The notes: generated by a model not told the origin, from the letters alone. Shown: positions 40,703 to 53,479, numbered from the stretch's first letter. The stretch: 64,000 nt of DNA from Octopus sinensis (GCF_006345805.1 NC_043003.1:110360001-110424000), one strand, 5' to 3'. Numbers and translations: made by a program.

Positions 40703-41210
40703 ATACGATAAGAAATAAATGAAATACTTATATGTACCCATGGAAAAAAGCAGAAGCAAAATTCATGTGTACATACAAGTACCCCAGTAATATGTAAATA
40801 TAAAATTCCTTTGCGAGCCTTAGCACATGTGGGATCCTTCAGGAACCACAACAAAGAGTGGTCACCAGTCTCGAAGTGAATGGTAATAAATTTAAGTTTA
40901 ATATTGGATAACATTTTTTTTTTAAATCATCAAGCAGCCAGCATACCGTTAAAGGTGAAAATTATAAACAATCTCTCTCCCTTTCACTCTATCTATATAA
41001 TTTTAATATAGGATAATTTTTTTTCAAAAATTTCATCAATTATCAAAATTATAAACAATTATAAATAAGGGCAAAAGAAAAAAATTCTCTGCCAATAAGC
41101 CGAGAAAAAGACATTGAATCGTCAATCACCACATGCAATATACGTCACTATTAATACACATCGTGATGAATCGAGGAAAGCAAGCTAACAGAATTTTTTT
41201 TAATGCGTTA

Positions 41211-41268
41211 TCTCTATATTGAATCATTTCAGCATTAATCCAAATGTTTTTCCTCTCATCAGTAGAGA
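41211..41268 (-). ncRNA. Type I hammerhead ribozyme motif, copy B
   Basis: Minus strand: TCTCTA CTGATGA GAGGAAAAACATTTGGATTAATGCT GAAA TGATTCAA TA TAGAGA. The core is intact; stems II and III are degraded. Confidence 0.6.
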
Positions 41269-41460
41269 TTACGATATGAAACAAATAAAATACTTACAAG
41301 CAGCCATGGAGGAAAAACCGAAACAAAAGACATGAATACGTGTGCTGGGACTCGCTCTGGAATTTTATATTCAGATATAACTGGGGTACTTATGTGTACA
41401 CACGACTTTCGCTTCTGCTATCTCTGTGGGTTTTTGTGTTTTATTTATTTCCTATCGTAC

Positions 41461-41519
41461 TCTCTACTGATAAGAGGAAAATCCGTTGGATTATTCCAGA
41501 AATTGATTCAATATAGAGA
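41461..41519 (+). ncRNA. Type I hammerhead ribozyme motif, copy C (core mutated)
   Basis: TCTCTA CTGATAA GAGGAAAATCCGTTGGATTATTCCA GAAA TTGATTCAA TA TAGAGA. It has the best stems II and III, but a G8>A change should inactivate it. Confidence 0.6.
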
Positions 41520-42498
41520 TAAGGCATTTAAAAAAATATTATGTTAGCTTGCTTTACTCGATTTAGCCTGATATTTATTCATAGTGAGGTATACCGTATG
41601 TGCTGATTGACGAATTAAAATCTCTTTCTCAACATTTTCGCATAGATGTTTTTTTTCTCTTGCCCTTCTTTATAATTGTTTATAATTTCCATACTTGATG
41701 AAATTTTTGAAAAGCATTTATCCTATATTAAAAGTATATAGATAGATAGATGGATAGATAGAGTGAAAGGGAGAGAGACTGCAGAGAAGGTAATAATTTT
41801 ACGTCTTATTTTTGTTCGCTAGGTAAACGCTATAGATCTTGAGCTGCTAAATATTTTTTTACATTTTACAATTCCTTAAATGATAGGTATACACATCTAT
41901 ATAACTTCATGTATATGCACACAAAGACACACACATACACATACAGACACATACACTCACACACACACATACATACGTACATAGAGGCTACACATACAGG
42001 TATAAATCTCTATGCATGTCTATATACATCTAAAAATACACATATACACGTAAACATTTTAAAATCACTTTAAAAATTTACGTTACTCGAAAGACAATTT
42101 ACATTTTATATATATCTTTATATTTTACAATTATGCAAAACCATATTCAGAAAGCGGAGTGAGAAATACTTGAAAATATGTTAAAGCTCTCATTTACACT
42201 CATATAAACATAAAATATTCACGAGCACAAATACTCATATGTGCATACATATCTACTAGCACATTCCTTCCCATGGCATAATGTCCCATTCTCACTGATT
42301 ATTTCACCGTAACGACTGTAATACATAATATTGTTTTCTACTATAGTTTATGTTGAACGTAATGTACATGCATTGAATTACAGAAAGATATATAACGACA
42401 TTAAAGATTCATTTCCCCACAATTGCTGTAAATCCATAATTTGAAAGAAACATTAATCTCTAATATTACAAATGCATACACACACATAAAGACACACG

Positions 42499-42563
<65 letters not shown>

Positions 42564-43169
42564 TGTATATGCTGACATTCAAAATTTGGCAAGTAGAATA
42601 TAATTTTCAGCAGCTCGCAAAATATTATAATTTTCACTAACATTTATTACATAACAAACCGCCAAAGCGTTTAATATTTCAGTTACATTTTATACCTTAT
42701 GTATAAGTATATGTCTATATATATACATATATAACTATACATATTTAACTTTGTGTATATAAATTATATGGGCATATGAAGTTAAAGTGTAAAACATCTA
42801 AAAATTGAAAGAGACCTACCGATAAGTTAGCTTCATACGGGGCAAGAATGAAAAATTAGAAATGGCACCTGTTAATTAGGCATCCGGGTTAGTATAAAGC
42901 CTGGCATTCAAACACAGATTCTAAATAAGTGTAAAAAAACATATATAAAGAAAATAAAGTAAAACGAAAAATTAACGAAAAAGGTTAATAAAAAAATAAA
43001 ATTCATGAAATAAAAAATATATCAATACTTTGTTAGTGTAAAACAAAAAGAAAAGAAAAGAAAGAAACAGTGATGAAAACAAAGCAGAATATATATATAC
43101 ATATATATATATACACATTAGGAGCAAAATGACATACCGCGAAACAAAAAATTACTTTCAGTTTTATTT

Positions 43170-43213
43170 TTAGGCAAGAAGAGAGGTGGTCGCATCGAAT
43201 TCATCGTCATGCT
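43170..43213 (-). CDS. Candidate terminal exon of the host gene: (E)HDDEFDATTSLLA*
   Basis: TACTAAC at 43268-43262 and 43238-43232, with the branch A 19 nt from TTATTTCAG|. The phase-1 frame gives an acidic peptide ending in a di-leucine. AATAAA and a long U-rich tract follow on the minus strand. Confidence 0.5.
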
Positions 43214-43364
43214 CTGAAATAAGGAGCAGTTGTTAGTAAACATCTACATAATCATTCCGTTGTTAGTATAAATTCTACATAAAAAAATGGTGTGGTAATT
43301 TCTTCTCAAGACTTTGATCATAAAACAATGAATAATTTTGTTATAAAATTTGTTCGAAATGTTG

Positions 43365-43570
43365 GTACAAGGCCAGTAATCTCGGGGGAGTGTTTTAGTC
43401 GTTTACATCGACCCAAGTGCTCACTTTCATTTATTTTATCGACCTCAATTGGACAAAAAGGATGAAAAATAAATCGTCCCGGCGGAATTTGAACTCAGAA
43501 CTAAAGTCGGACAAAATGCCGCTAAGCATTTTTCCCTCCTTGTTAACGATTCTATAAGCTCACAACCTTA
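43365..43570 (-). mobile_element. tRNA-derived SINE (family of 54908-55141)
   Basis: GGTACAAGGCCAG..CATCGACCCAAGTG..GGCGGAATTTGAACTCAGAAC..GCCGCTAAGCATTT. Confidence 0.8.
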
Positions 43571-43854
43571 ATAACAATAACAACAGAAATATCTATAATA
43601 ATAAAGATGGCTTCCTATCTGCAAATTTGGTTGTGAAGAGAGCTATAAATCATATCTGTATTAGTGCTGACAAGTACCTTATTTCATCCCCAGGTGATAG
43701 GATTCAGAGTGTAAATGGCTGGTAAATCACGCTTGATATTTTCTTACAGAGTGTAACTCACGATTCTCATAAACTACTGTTAAATTTCTAGTTCTTAAAT
43801 TTCCGTTAAATTCCAGCAATATCCCTTGTATATATATATTTGGAGGGGGCGTGC

Positions 43855-43908
<54 letters not shown>

Positions 43909-43964
43909 AAAATAAGACAATGTAGAAAATGCTAGAATTATTTTATCATGATATACATTTTGTT

Positions 43965-44629
43965 CCGGTTTCAGGCTTTTCGACTTTTTCAATTAAGAGG
44001 AAAATTTTAAATGAAAGGATTTGTATATATTTCCATCGTCTTCAAATAGGTTGGACATTTTCTTTTCATTTGTCTCTCGTGTCTTTGTGAAGTTTCTGTA
44101 GGTATCGGCAAATCTAGAAAAATAATGTTTATGGGTGCAGAGAAATATTTGGGTATGAATTTTGATGGTTTAAGCAGCAGCAGCCGATGAAGAAGGAGGA
44201 GGGGAGGAAAAAGAGGAAGAAGACGAAGGAGAAGAGGAGGAAGGAGAAGATGAACAAGAATTCTGACTCTTCTCCTTTTTCATCGTTTTCGTCTTCTTCA
44301 TCTCCCTCTTCTTCTCGTTAATCGTCTTCATCTTCTTTTTTCCCCTCCTCCTTCTTCGCTTCTTCCTTCCTCGGCTGTTGCTGCTTAATCGTACAAACTT
44401 CAGAACCAAATATTTCTCTACTCCCATATACAGTATTTTTTCAGACATGCTGCTACCTACCGAGCCTTCACAACGGAAAAGAGAGAGGCATATGAAAGGA
44501 AAATGTCCTACCTATTTGAAGACTATGGAAATACTTACAAAACATTTGATTTAATTTTCTAATGTAATTGTTTTTCTTCTTAATTGATATTCAACGTTGT
44601 TGAAGAAGTCAAAAATACTGAAATCAGTA
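43965..44629. repeat. ~660-bp imperfect fold-back (inverted arms around a purine/pyrimidine mirror core)
   Basis: 43990-44186 aligns with the reverse complement of 44373-44560 (e.g. TTTCCATCGTCTTCAAATAGGTTGGACATTTTC versus GAAAATGTCCTACCTATTTGAAGACTATGGAAA). A GAA-rich run switches to a TTC-rich run at ~44260. Confidence 0.9.
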
Positions 44630-44695
44630 TTAAACTCTTCAAAATGTATTTCATCATAAAATTAACCAGCATTTTCTACCTTGTCTTATACATAC

Positions 44696-44728
<33 letters not shown>

Positions 44729-46430
44729 CATATGTACAATATGTCTTCTTATTTTAATCTGTAGAGTTGTTTTAAGTGAGTGTAATACATAAACTTGCTT
44801 CTTTATATTAAAGGTTATATATATTACATTTGCGATTGTACACCGTTGTTAAGTTTGTTGAAAGCTTTACATTGTTGTAATATACTGAAGTAGAGTTTTG
44901 CAAATCCATTATCAATGTTCTTGCATAGGCGAGGCAATTTTGCCTCATAATTGAAAGCAATCTACTATGAATACACTGTTTTTAGCAATGCGAAAGATCG
45001 TGTTTATAATAGGTGCCTTGCAAAACAATGTAGCATGGGTAAGTATGACGTTGTGTCTAAAACTAAACACAATCTACAATTTAATTTCTCTTTACGCATT
45101 CGTATTGCGATATTGGTTATACACAATTCCATTCAAACTGTGTCCTTGTGTTTAAAAGTCGATGCGATCAGATTAACTTTATCTTCCCCTAACAGTGTAC
45201 TAAAATGTTTCTATTACATATCATGTATTTTAAGTTGTTCAACAGTCTTCATACCCTTCTCTCTTAAATATGACTAAAACATCAAAAACGTGTGTACAAT
45301 TGCTTCAGCATCACACTAAATTAAAGCATGGGTTACTTATATGATTATCTTTGAGTAAGCTAAAAAATAATAATTAATTGTTAAATTTAATGAAACAATT
45401 AAACTAAATTTGTACGCAGATTTTATTACTTCCGTGAAACCTGCTTTCTCCTCTACCCCATACTTTCCATTATACAAAAGTAGAACAGAATTTAAGATGA
45501 TCTCGCCTTTTGCCTGATATTTCTGTATATGCATCTACAGTAACATTGCTTAAATGTTGTCTACATCAGTATATTTACTTTACTTTTTTATGTGCATAAC
45601 ATTTCTCTTTATAGACATGTTAAAACATTGTACATGGATTTACTTTTTAGGTGTAAAAATGCTGAATTATTTTCTTCAAATTTTTTGTTAATTAAAATGA
45701 CTAGATTGCTCCAATAAATACAGACTCGTTCTTTACTCCTTCAAATTGTCACATTGATATTATCTCTAGTTCGAATGTACTTTTCCACAACTGCAACATA
45801 CATGCAACGTCAAATATTATGTATATTACCAAGGGGGTCAAATATTGTATTCATTTTTAACTAACTAGCGGCTTATAAAATGCATGGAAGTTTTCAGACT
45901 ACAAAATAATAGAAAAAAATAATGAAAGAAAGAAAACCAGTTTAAATTTAGTATAGTGAACTTCCGTCAATTCCAATTTCATGGAATACACTGATGAATG
46001 GTTTCTTTCTGATGAATGGTTTCTCTAAGAGAAAACTTCAGAGAAGTACGTAACAAACAGTGATACACGGTAAAGTCTTTTGGCTTCACATTGTTTCAAA
46101 TCGATGACTTGAGATTGAAATTACCACACAGCGATTCAAACCTGAAAAGAGGGATATGGCAGAATGAATTTAGCTTATGTTTTATTAAAATTGTCCTTCA
46201 TGAAAGGTTATACATTATGGGATATATCTGTATGGTTAAGAAATTCATCAAAAATTATATATATATATATCGCAATACATATATATACACAGACACGTTT
46301 ATGTCATAAAACTCTTTCAGGTTTGAACAACTACTTCTTGTTAGTATATGTAATAAAACAAACCCAAACTTCAGACGCATCATATATAATCATATATAAT
46401 CCTTATTATTCATATTGTTGATATATGTAT

Positions 46431-46523
<93 letters not shown>

Positions 46524-47227
46524 GTATGTATGTATACATTATGTATACCTATTCGCATATTTATATTTATGGCAATATATAAATGAAAAGAAAAATAAAT
46601 GACTTTCAAACTTAAACTTTCCTTTCTATAATGCTATCCAAATGCTGTTTTCCTGTAAATAAAGGCCGAAATCAAATAGAGATATTAAGGCGAATTTACG
46701 GATGGTTTGGTTCATAGCTAAAAGGTTTCTCCATCATTTGTCAAGTAAATATATATTATGATTAATAATGAATATAAATGTAACAAAGTAACGCGATATG
46801 GTTTCTTTGCTTTTGCATTAATAATATTGCAAGGAAATTAGCTTAATCAACTCTAGTGCAAAATATATGATTTCGTAAATATGAGATTAAAGCGTCATAT
46901 ATCACATGTCAATATTTATGGATTTACAAAATTGTCGAGCTTTTCTTTGGCAGCAATTTTTGAAACGACTTACGATGCGAACTCATTGAAAGAAATGATA
47001 GCTGCATCCAAAATATTGGAAAATACGTATCATTATTGTACTGGTATGAATCCGGGCTGATATACAGTCAAATATTTCCACCGTTTCAGTTACAATATAA
47101 GCGACGACATACTCGTCGGCAAAATATGTATAATAGTTTCTAGAAAGGAAAGCCAATCGCTTACATACATACGTTCATACACCCATACATACACGCAAAC
47201 ATATGTGTGCGTGTGCGTATGCATGTG

Positions 47228-47261
<34 letters not shown>

Positions 47262-47380
47262 TCATATTGAGAACGGTTTATTTTCTTGTCGGTGACGCTA
47301 TTGTACGTATCATATTACTGTGCTGTTGATATCTATACATTTAAAGAATTTTCTCTCTAATTAATTAATTCCACGGCATG

Positions 47381-47415
<35 letters not shown>

Positions 47416-47896
47416 CTATCACTATACGTGATAGACAATACATATACTAGCGTATTCCAACTATTGACAAACTATTTCATATGGGTTAATGTTTAATATA
47501 TTCATTAATATGTAATTAAATATTAGAATGTTTCCCATACTTATTACATAAATGCATATTTATTTCCACAGTGGTTAATAGTAATACTGGAGCTTAAAAC
47601 ATATGGAAAATAAGTGTCATTTAGATAGCATTAATGAAACAAAAGCAAATTTGAACTGTAAAATTAATTGAAATGAGACTGATTATATGTAGCGATCTGA
47701 AGAGAGTACGAATATTTGTGCAGAAAGAAAAAAACAGTTTGTTATTTGTTAGTTTAATATAACATGACACAAAAACAATGTTAATTTGTCAAGACGAAAG
47801 TAAGCATGGGCTGCTAAGAATTTGCCATATGTCTCTATATTTTAAATGCTGATTAAATATAGCTTATATCCATCTATTCATAATTATATTTTCATT

Positions 47897-47950
<54 letters not shown>

Positions 47951-50185
47951 CAATATATATATATATATATATGAATGTATTTATATATGCATATATATAT
48001 ATATATATATATATAAATTATGCATATGCCAATATATATAGTCGCACATGCCCCTCATAGACATTTTCACATTAATGGGATTAACGTTTCCTTTAACGTG
48101 TCAAAATGTTTTCCTGGACTTAAATAAAAGTGTCTGTATTTTCAACGTGATATTTTGTGTTAATTGTTTTCAATCCTGGACATATCTTCGATTATAATGG
48201 ACGTTATATAATAGAAATTATAATTTGAAGAATTGTGAATGATTTTGTTAAGTGCTGTTTATGCTCAACAAGGAACGGGTAGATGTTTTCATAAGACTAG
48301 TCATTGTGCTCTGTGTTTTGGTTATTTTACTGTTAAAAACCTCAAGCATATTAATGACTTTGTTCCTGGAACAAGTACAGGTATGGCCTATTCTGTTGGT
48401 TGCATATAAATGTTGCCAGTTTGGAGAATATTAGTTTTGCATGGGGTTTAGTATATTCTTAATAATAAAAGTCGCTTTTGGACTTGGCGACCAGTAAGTG
48501 ATCGCTGCACTAAGGAAGAGAGTGGGTAATCATGTCGAACGTTTGAGTTCACCAGAAATGACGGATTATGAGACAGAATAATATAATCTCATGGGGAGCT
48601 AGATGTTCAAGTGGAACACTGCAGCATTACTTGACGGACAGTTTTGGTAGTATATAACATCCCGAACAAAGACGGTCGCTTTATTAACGTCGGAATTAAC
48701 AACTTTTTTACCAGTAGTGCTTTCGCCAAATGTCTCCAGGTAACAGACACATTAGTAACTGTCGTATAAACATAAACATCCAATAGAGAGGTGTTACATA
48801 TTGTCAAAGAGAGAGGGAAATATTGAGCTTTAATTCCAGATTTTGCATAAAGGCGTTGCAGTGGAGCACACCATTCCCTTGAGTTATTTCATATGAATGC
48901 ATTAATCTTCTCCGTAAAACCTTTAAGAATAAAGGATGACAAATTAAAAAGCAAAACAAAGGGGAGAGTTGAAAACTCTCATGAATATAAAGGCTTCTCC
49001 TAGGTGTAATGTTTAAGAGGAATATTGTCACTCCGGCTCTGGTGTGTGTGTGTGTGGGGGGGGTGCGTATGCATGTATGTATATGTGTAAAAATATATAT
49101 GTGCATATGTACATAAATGTATATACGTATTCCTATATGTATGTATATATATGTGTATATATGTATGATATATATATACATATATATGTATATATATATA
49201 TACATATATGAATAAATATACATTTATGTACATATGCACATACATATGTTTACGTATCTACACACATGCACACATAAACACACACACACCTATATCTTAC
49301 GTACATACATGTGTATATATATATATATATATAAGCATGTATGTATATTACGTATACTCATTGGCAGATAAATGAATAAATATTAGATATTTTGTGAAGA
49401 ATTTAAATTTAAACATTGGAACATTGGGAAAATATTTATTGGATAGTGGATGAATTCGTGGATATGTGGCTACTGATATCTTTTCTTCTACCTTTTATAT
49501 TCATCAACCCTTCATGTATTTATTCATGATATTATGATGTTTTGCTTACTAAAAATATTATTCTTTAATAAAAATATGTGTATTTGTAATTTATCGAAAT
49601 TATCAAATGATTGAACCAATATAAAATTATATCCTTATTTATGTAGTTTTTATACTGTTTTACTATATATTATATTTTGGCTTCGAATCTTATTTAAAGC
49701 ATTACTCGTGAAATTGAAGATATACTGATGTTGGCATTAATTTGACTATGCGTTATTTAGGTACAATGCTAGTCTGGAAATAACCAACGTGTTCTCGGAC
49801 AGCGCTATTCAGGCTATATTTGCTCAATACTGCCCGAGTAAATCTTAATCTACTAGTACATTTCCAAGACCTACTATTTAAATTTAGTGGAAATAAATTT
49901 CAACATCAACATAATTTTGTTAAAATAAAACTAGTTTTGACTTCCTTCATTTCTATAATAACGTGATGTATATAACGGCCCTAAAATTAATGACTTTATT
50001 ACTTAAGATTTAGTTTATACACTGGGTCCATTAATATGACAATAGATTCCATCATGCCATAATATTATATAAACATATAATAATAATAATAATGATAATA
50101 ATTAGTATTATGCACAATGTATATTATATAATTCAATTATGCTTAATTATCAAAAGATATTGAACATTTAAAGTATGTATTATAC

Positions 50186-50217
<32 letters not shown>

Positions 50218-50664
50218 GTATGTATGTATATACATTTGCGTGTGTGTATATGCACATAAACATATGCTTATACACACACTCACAAAAATGTGCATTTTTG
50301 CTTCTATCTATTAATTGCATTTTCAATTCTGTTTCCGCATTTCACATATCTTTTGAATGAAGAGTGAGATACATTTTCTAAGGAATATATTCATGTTTCA
50401 AGTATTCACAAAATAGTGTTTAAATATTATGCGAAGAAAAGAGAAACATATATAAGCAGCAAATTTTCTCAAAGATTTTTGTAAATCTCTGAGAGTTAAT
50501 AGATCTACCATACAGTTTTCATTATTTTTATTACCAATATTTTACAAATATTTATGTGGATGAATTTTGTAAATACTGCATTTATATTGTTTGAAATAAC
50601 AAATATTATATAATGAATTCTTGTCATCGATCAATTCTATAATGATAAAGAACATAAAAAGCCC

Positions 50665-50869
50665 CATGCTGTTAGTAACGCTTAATGTTAATATGGTTAT
50701 TCACAAAGTCATGCAAATGGTTATGGTTTCGAAGCCATCATGCGGTTAGTTTTGGTGAACAGTAATATATGTCTTGTCATGCTGTTAGTAGTTTGTATAG
50801 CAGTAAAGTTACATGATGTTAGTAAATCGTTAACATAATGAAAGATACAAGGCATCCATGCGTGTTAGT
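50665..50869 (-). promoter_or_regulatory. Cluster of five ACUAAC-N1-2-(G)CAUG composite motifs plus one UGCAUG
   Basis: Minus strand: ACTAACACGCATG (50869-57), ACTAACATCATG (50823-12), ACTAACAGCATG (50789-78), ACTAACCGCATG (50750-39), TGCATG (50715-10) and ACTAACAGCATG (50676-65). The spacers are unrelated to each other. Confidence 0.7.
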
Positions 50870-51365
50870 CACGGTGTGTTGGCTGCTACAATTTCCAGGT
50901 AGCCATATTGTCAAATAGGTTTCCAGGAAAATTATCTCTTATTTAATATTTAACCTACATCAAAGGAAGTCGTAATTCGAGCTTCCTAAATACAAAAGAC
51001 ATTGACAGATGGTTTTCAAATATTATCGTGTTCGTTATGCTTCAATAATTAATTCTACAAACATACTTTATGTGCGGTAATATTTCCAATGCCAGCACTT
51101 CAAATTAAATTGCTTATAGAACAGATTAAAAACGTCACTAGTTATTGCAACCCTCATATTTTGCTGTTAGATATTTTTTAAGAAAATAAATATATTATAA
51201 CTCATAAAGATATTTTCTTCAGTGTATTTCACGTAATTTTTTACTAAATTCTTATGCGCAAAATGACTAGTAGATGGCAAGTAAAATGCAGCAGCAATGT
51301 ATATTATCTATATTCATATATTATAATGTAAATGACTCTATAAACGGAATAGAATCTTTTGGAAA

Positions 51366-51391
51366 TTAATAAATGTCTCGTTGTATAACTA
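51366..51391 (-). CDS. Candidate alternative terminal exon: (V)VIQRDIY*
   Basis: Very strong acceptor TGTGTTTTTTTTTCTTTTTTTCATCTCAG|TAG (NAGNAG). The phase-1 frame is compatible with the 57456 donor. The peptide is too short to be evidence by itself. Confidence 0.35.
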
Positions 51392-51689
51392 CTGAGATGA
51401 AAAAAAGAAAAAAAAACACAGGTAATGTTATTTACAGTCAAATATGCAGGTCAGTTTTCAATGTGTGTCACATCAGAGGACGAGGGATTTTATCATGAGA
51501 TATGAGCTAATATTCTATTGCAGACTAGAAGGAAAGGGTAATCATAGTAAATGTTCAGAAAAGAAATGATGCAGCAGTAAATGTTTTAACATATTGTGCA
51601 AGGAAACCAGTGCTTTGTTATTCGTCAACTGTCAAGAATAATAATCCAATATTACAGAGGTACATATAATGTAACTGAATATATGTGTG

Positions 51690-51738
51690 CATGTATATAA
51701 TATATATATATATACATACATACATATATATATATATA

Positions 51739-51769
<31 letters not shown>

Positions 51770-51847
51770 TATATTATATACATATATATATACATATATA
51801 ATATATAAATATATATATATACACACACATATATATATATATATAAA

Positions 51848-51893
<46 letters not shown>

Positions 51894-52364
51894 CATATAT
51901 ATATATATACACACATTTGTATGCATGTACAGAAATACGTACACACATATATAAATATGTGTATATACATATGTACATATAAACACCCATATATTCATAT
52001 ATATGTGTGTGTGTGTGTGAGTATGCATACTTATATTAGAATGGAAGTATACATAGCACCAGCAGAATACCCTCTAATTCTACTGACGCATTTTCTTTGC
52101 GAAAAATAAGCGAATCTAGATTAAAATTCAAATTCAAATCAATATTTGAAAACAATTATAACTTAGTATCATATTATGAATACCAGATTCGTATCTTTAA
52201 ACAGGATATCTTTGTATTTATATTGTATTACATCACGTAATATTATAGTTTATTATACATACATACATACGTGCAAATATATATATATATATATACACAC
52301 AAATGTATACATATATATGTATCTATAGAATCTATAGATGAGTACGTATACATATGTATATGTA

Positions 52365-52408
<44 letters not shown>

Positions 52409-52597
52409 TGTATTGATATTACATAGACATGTAATATATATATATATACATATATATATTTATTTATATATATATACACCTATATGCATATATTTATGTA
52501 TGTATTTCAATTATGAGATGTTCTTACATTAAATTATATTTACACCTCCTTTAGGTAGTTCACACATATATCTAGATATATTTTGTATGTGTGTGCG

Positions 52598-52642
<45 letters not shown>

Positions 52643-52863
52643 TTGTTTGTGTGTGTGTGTGTGCGAGTGTATGTATGTATATCCATATCTATCTATATAT
52701 AAATTTTAAATTAATGTTATATTTGAAGTATTTGCCCTCGCACAAAATATAATCCATAAAATTTTAGCGTGAAATTTCTAGTCACGCAAAACCCATCAAC
52801 TTCTTCACCCGCATTATAAGCTTAGATAAATGCACATTATAAATCAGGTAACACTCACATCTA

Positions 52864-52912
<49 letters not shown>

Positions 52913-52924
52913 TCACATATATAC

Positions 52925-52990
<66 letters not shown>

Positions 52991-53003
52991 CATACATATA
53001 TAT

Positions 53004-53091
<88 letters not shown>

Positions 53092-53100
53092 CATTTATAC
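51690..53100. repeat. Dense degenerate (TA)n/(CA)n/(TATG)n microsatellite field
   Basis: Directly visible; accounts for all YI/IY pseudo-ORFs here. Confidence 0.9.
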
Positions 53101-53404
53101 ACGCATACAAACTGGCCCACACACATATATCATAGTTCCTGTTGAAAAAGCATACTTGAAGAGAATTTTCTGTTAATTAAAGATAGCCGCAAGTTGTTTC
53201 GAAATAAGATGCATCTAATTAGTTTACGGTTGTCATAGTATGGCGTAATTTGCTCCTATTTCTAGTTATGTGTAAGGTTAAAAAAATGAGTTCTGACTAC
53301 TCACTATCCCACAATTGCACACACACAGAACCGTGTAAGTGTGTGGATAAGTGTGTAGACAGCATATGCGTAATATTTGTTGAAATATATAAGTATATGC
53401 ATGA

Positions 53405-53442
<38 letters not shown>

Positions 53443-53443
53443 C

Positions 53444-53479
<36 letters not shown>

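Larger units (their letters stand above)
40641..41780. mobile_element. Non-autonomous hammerhead-bearing repeat array (tandem A+B on minus, inverted C on plus)
   Basis: 40641-40830, 40970-41338 and 41339-41780 are mutually homologous, and B and C form an imperfect inverted pair. Confidence 0.75.

Noticed and set aside
44170-44448. Lys/Arg- and Ser-rich 92-aa ORF
   Set aside because: It is the translation of the purine/pyrimidine core of the fold-back repeat.
45991-46050. CTGATGA duplicate followed by GAAAA and a small hairpin as a hammerhead
   Set aside because: There is no stem I pairing, no stem II and one extra A. It is a 16-bp tandem duplication.
48253-48738. Two plus-strand exon-like segments (AVYAQQGTGRCF.., VLVVYNIPNK..)
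   Set aside because: The donors are good but the acceptors are weak, there is no recognisable domain, and they are antisense to the better-supported gene.
50665-50869. Repeat-spacer pattern as a CRISPR-like array
   Set aside because: The repeats are only 12-13 bp and degenerate, the spacing is irregular, the genome is eukaryotic and no cas genes are present. RNA-binding motifs explain it better.
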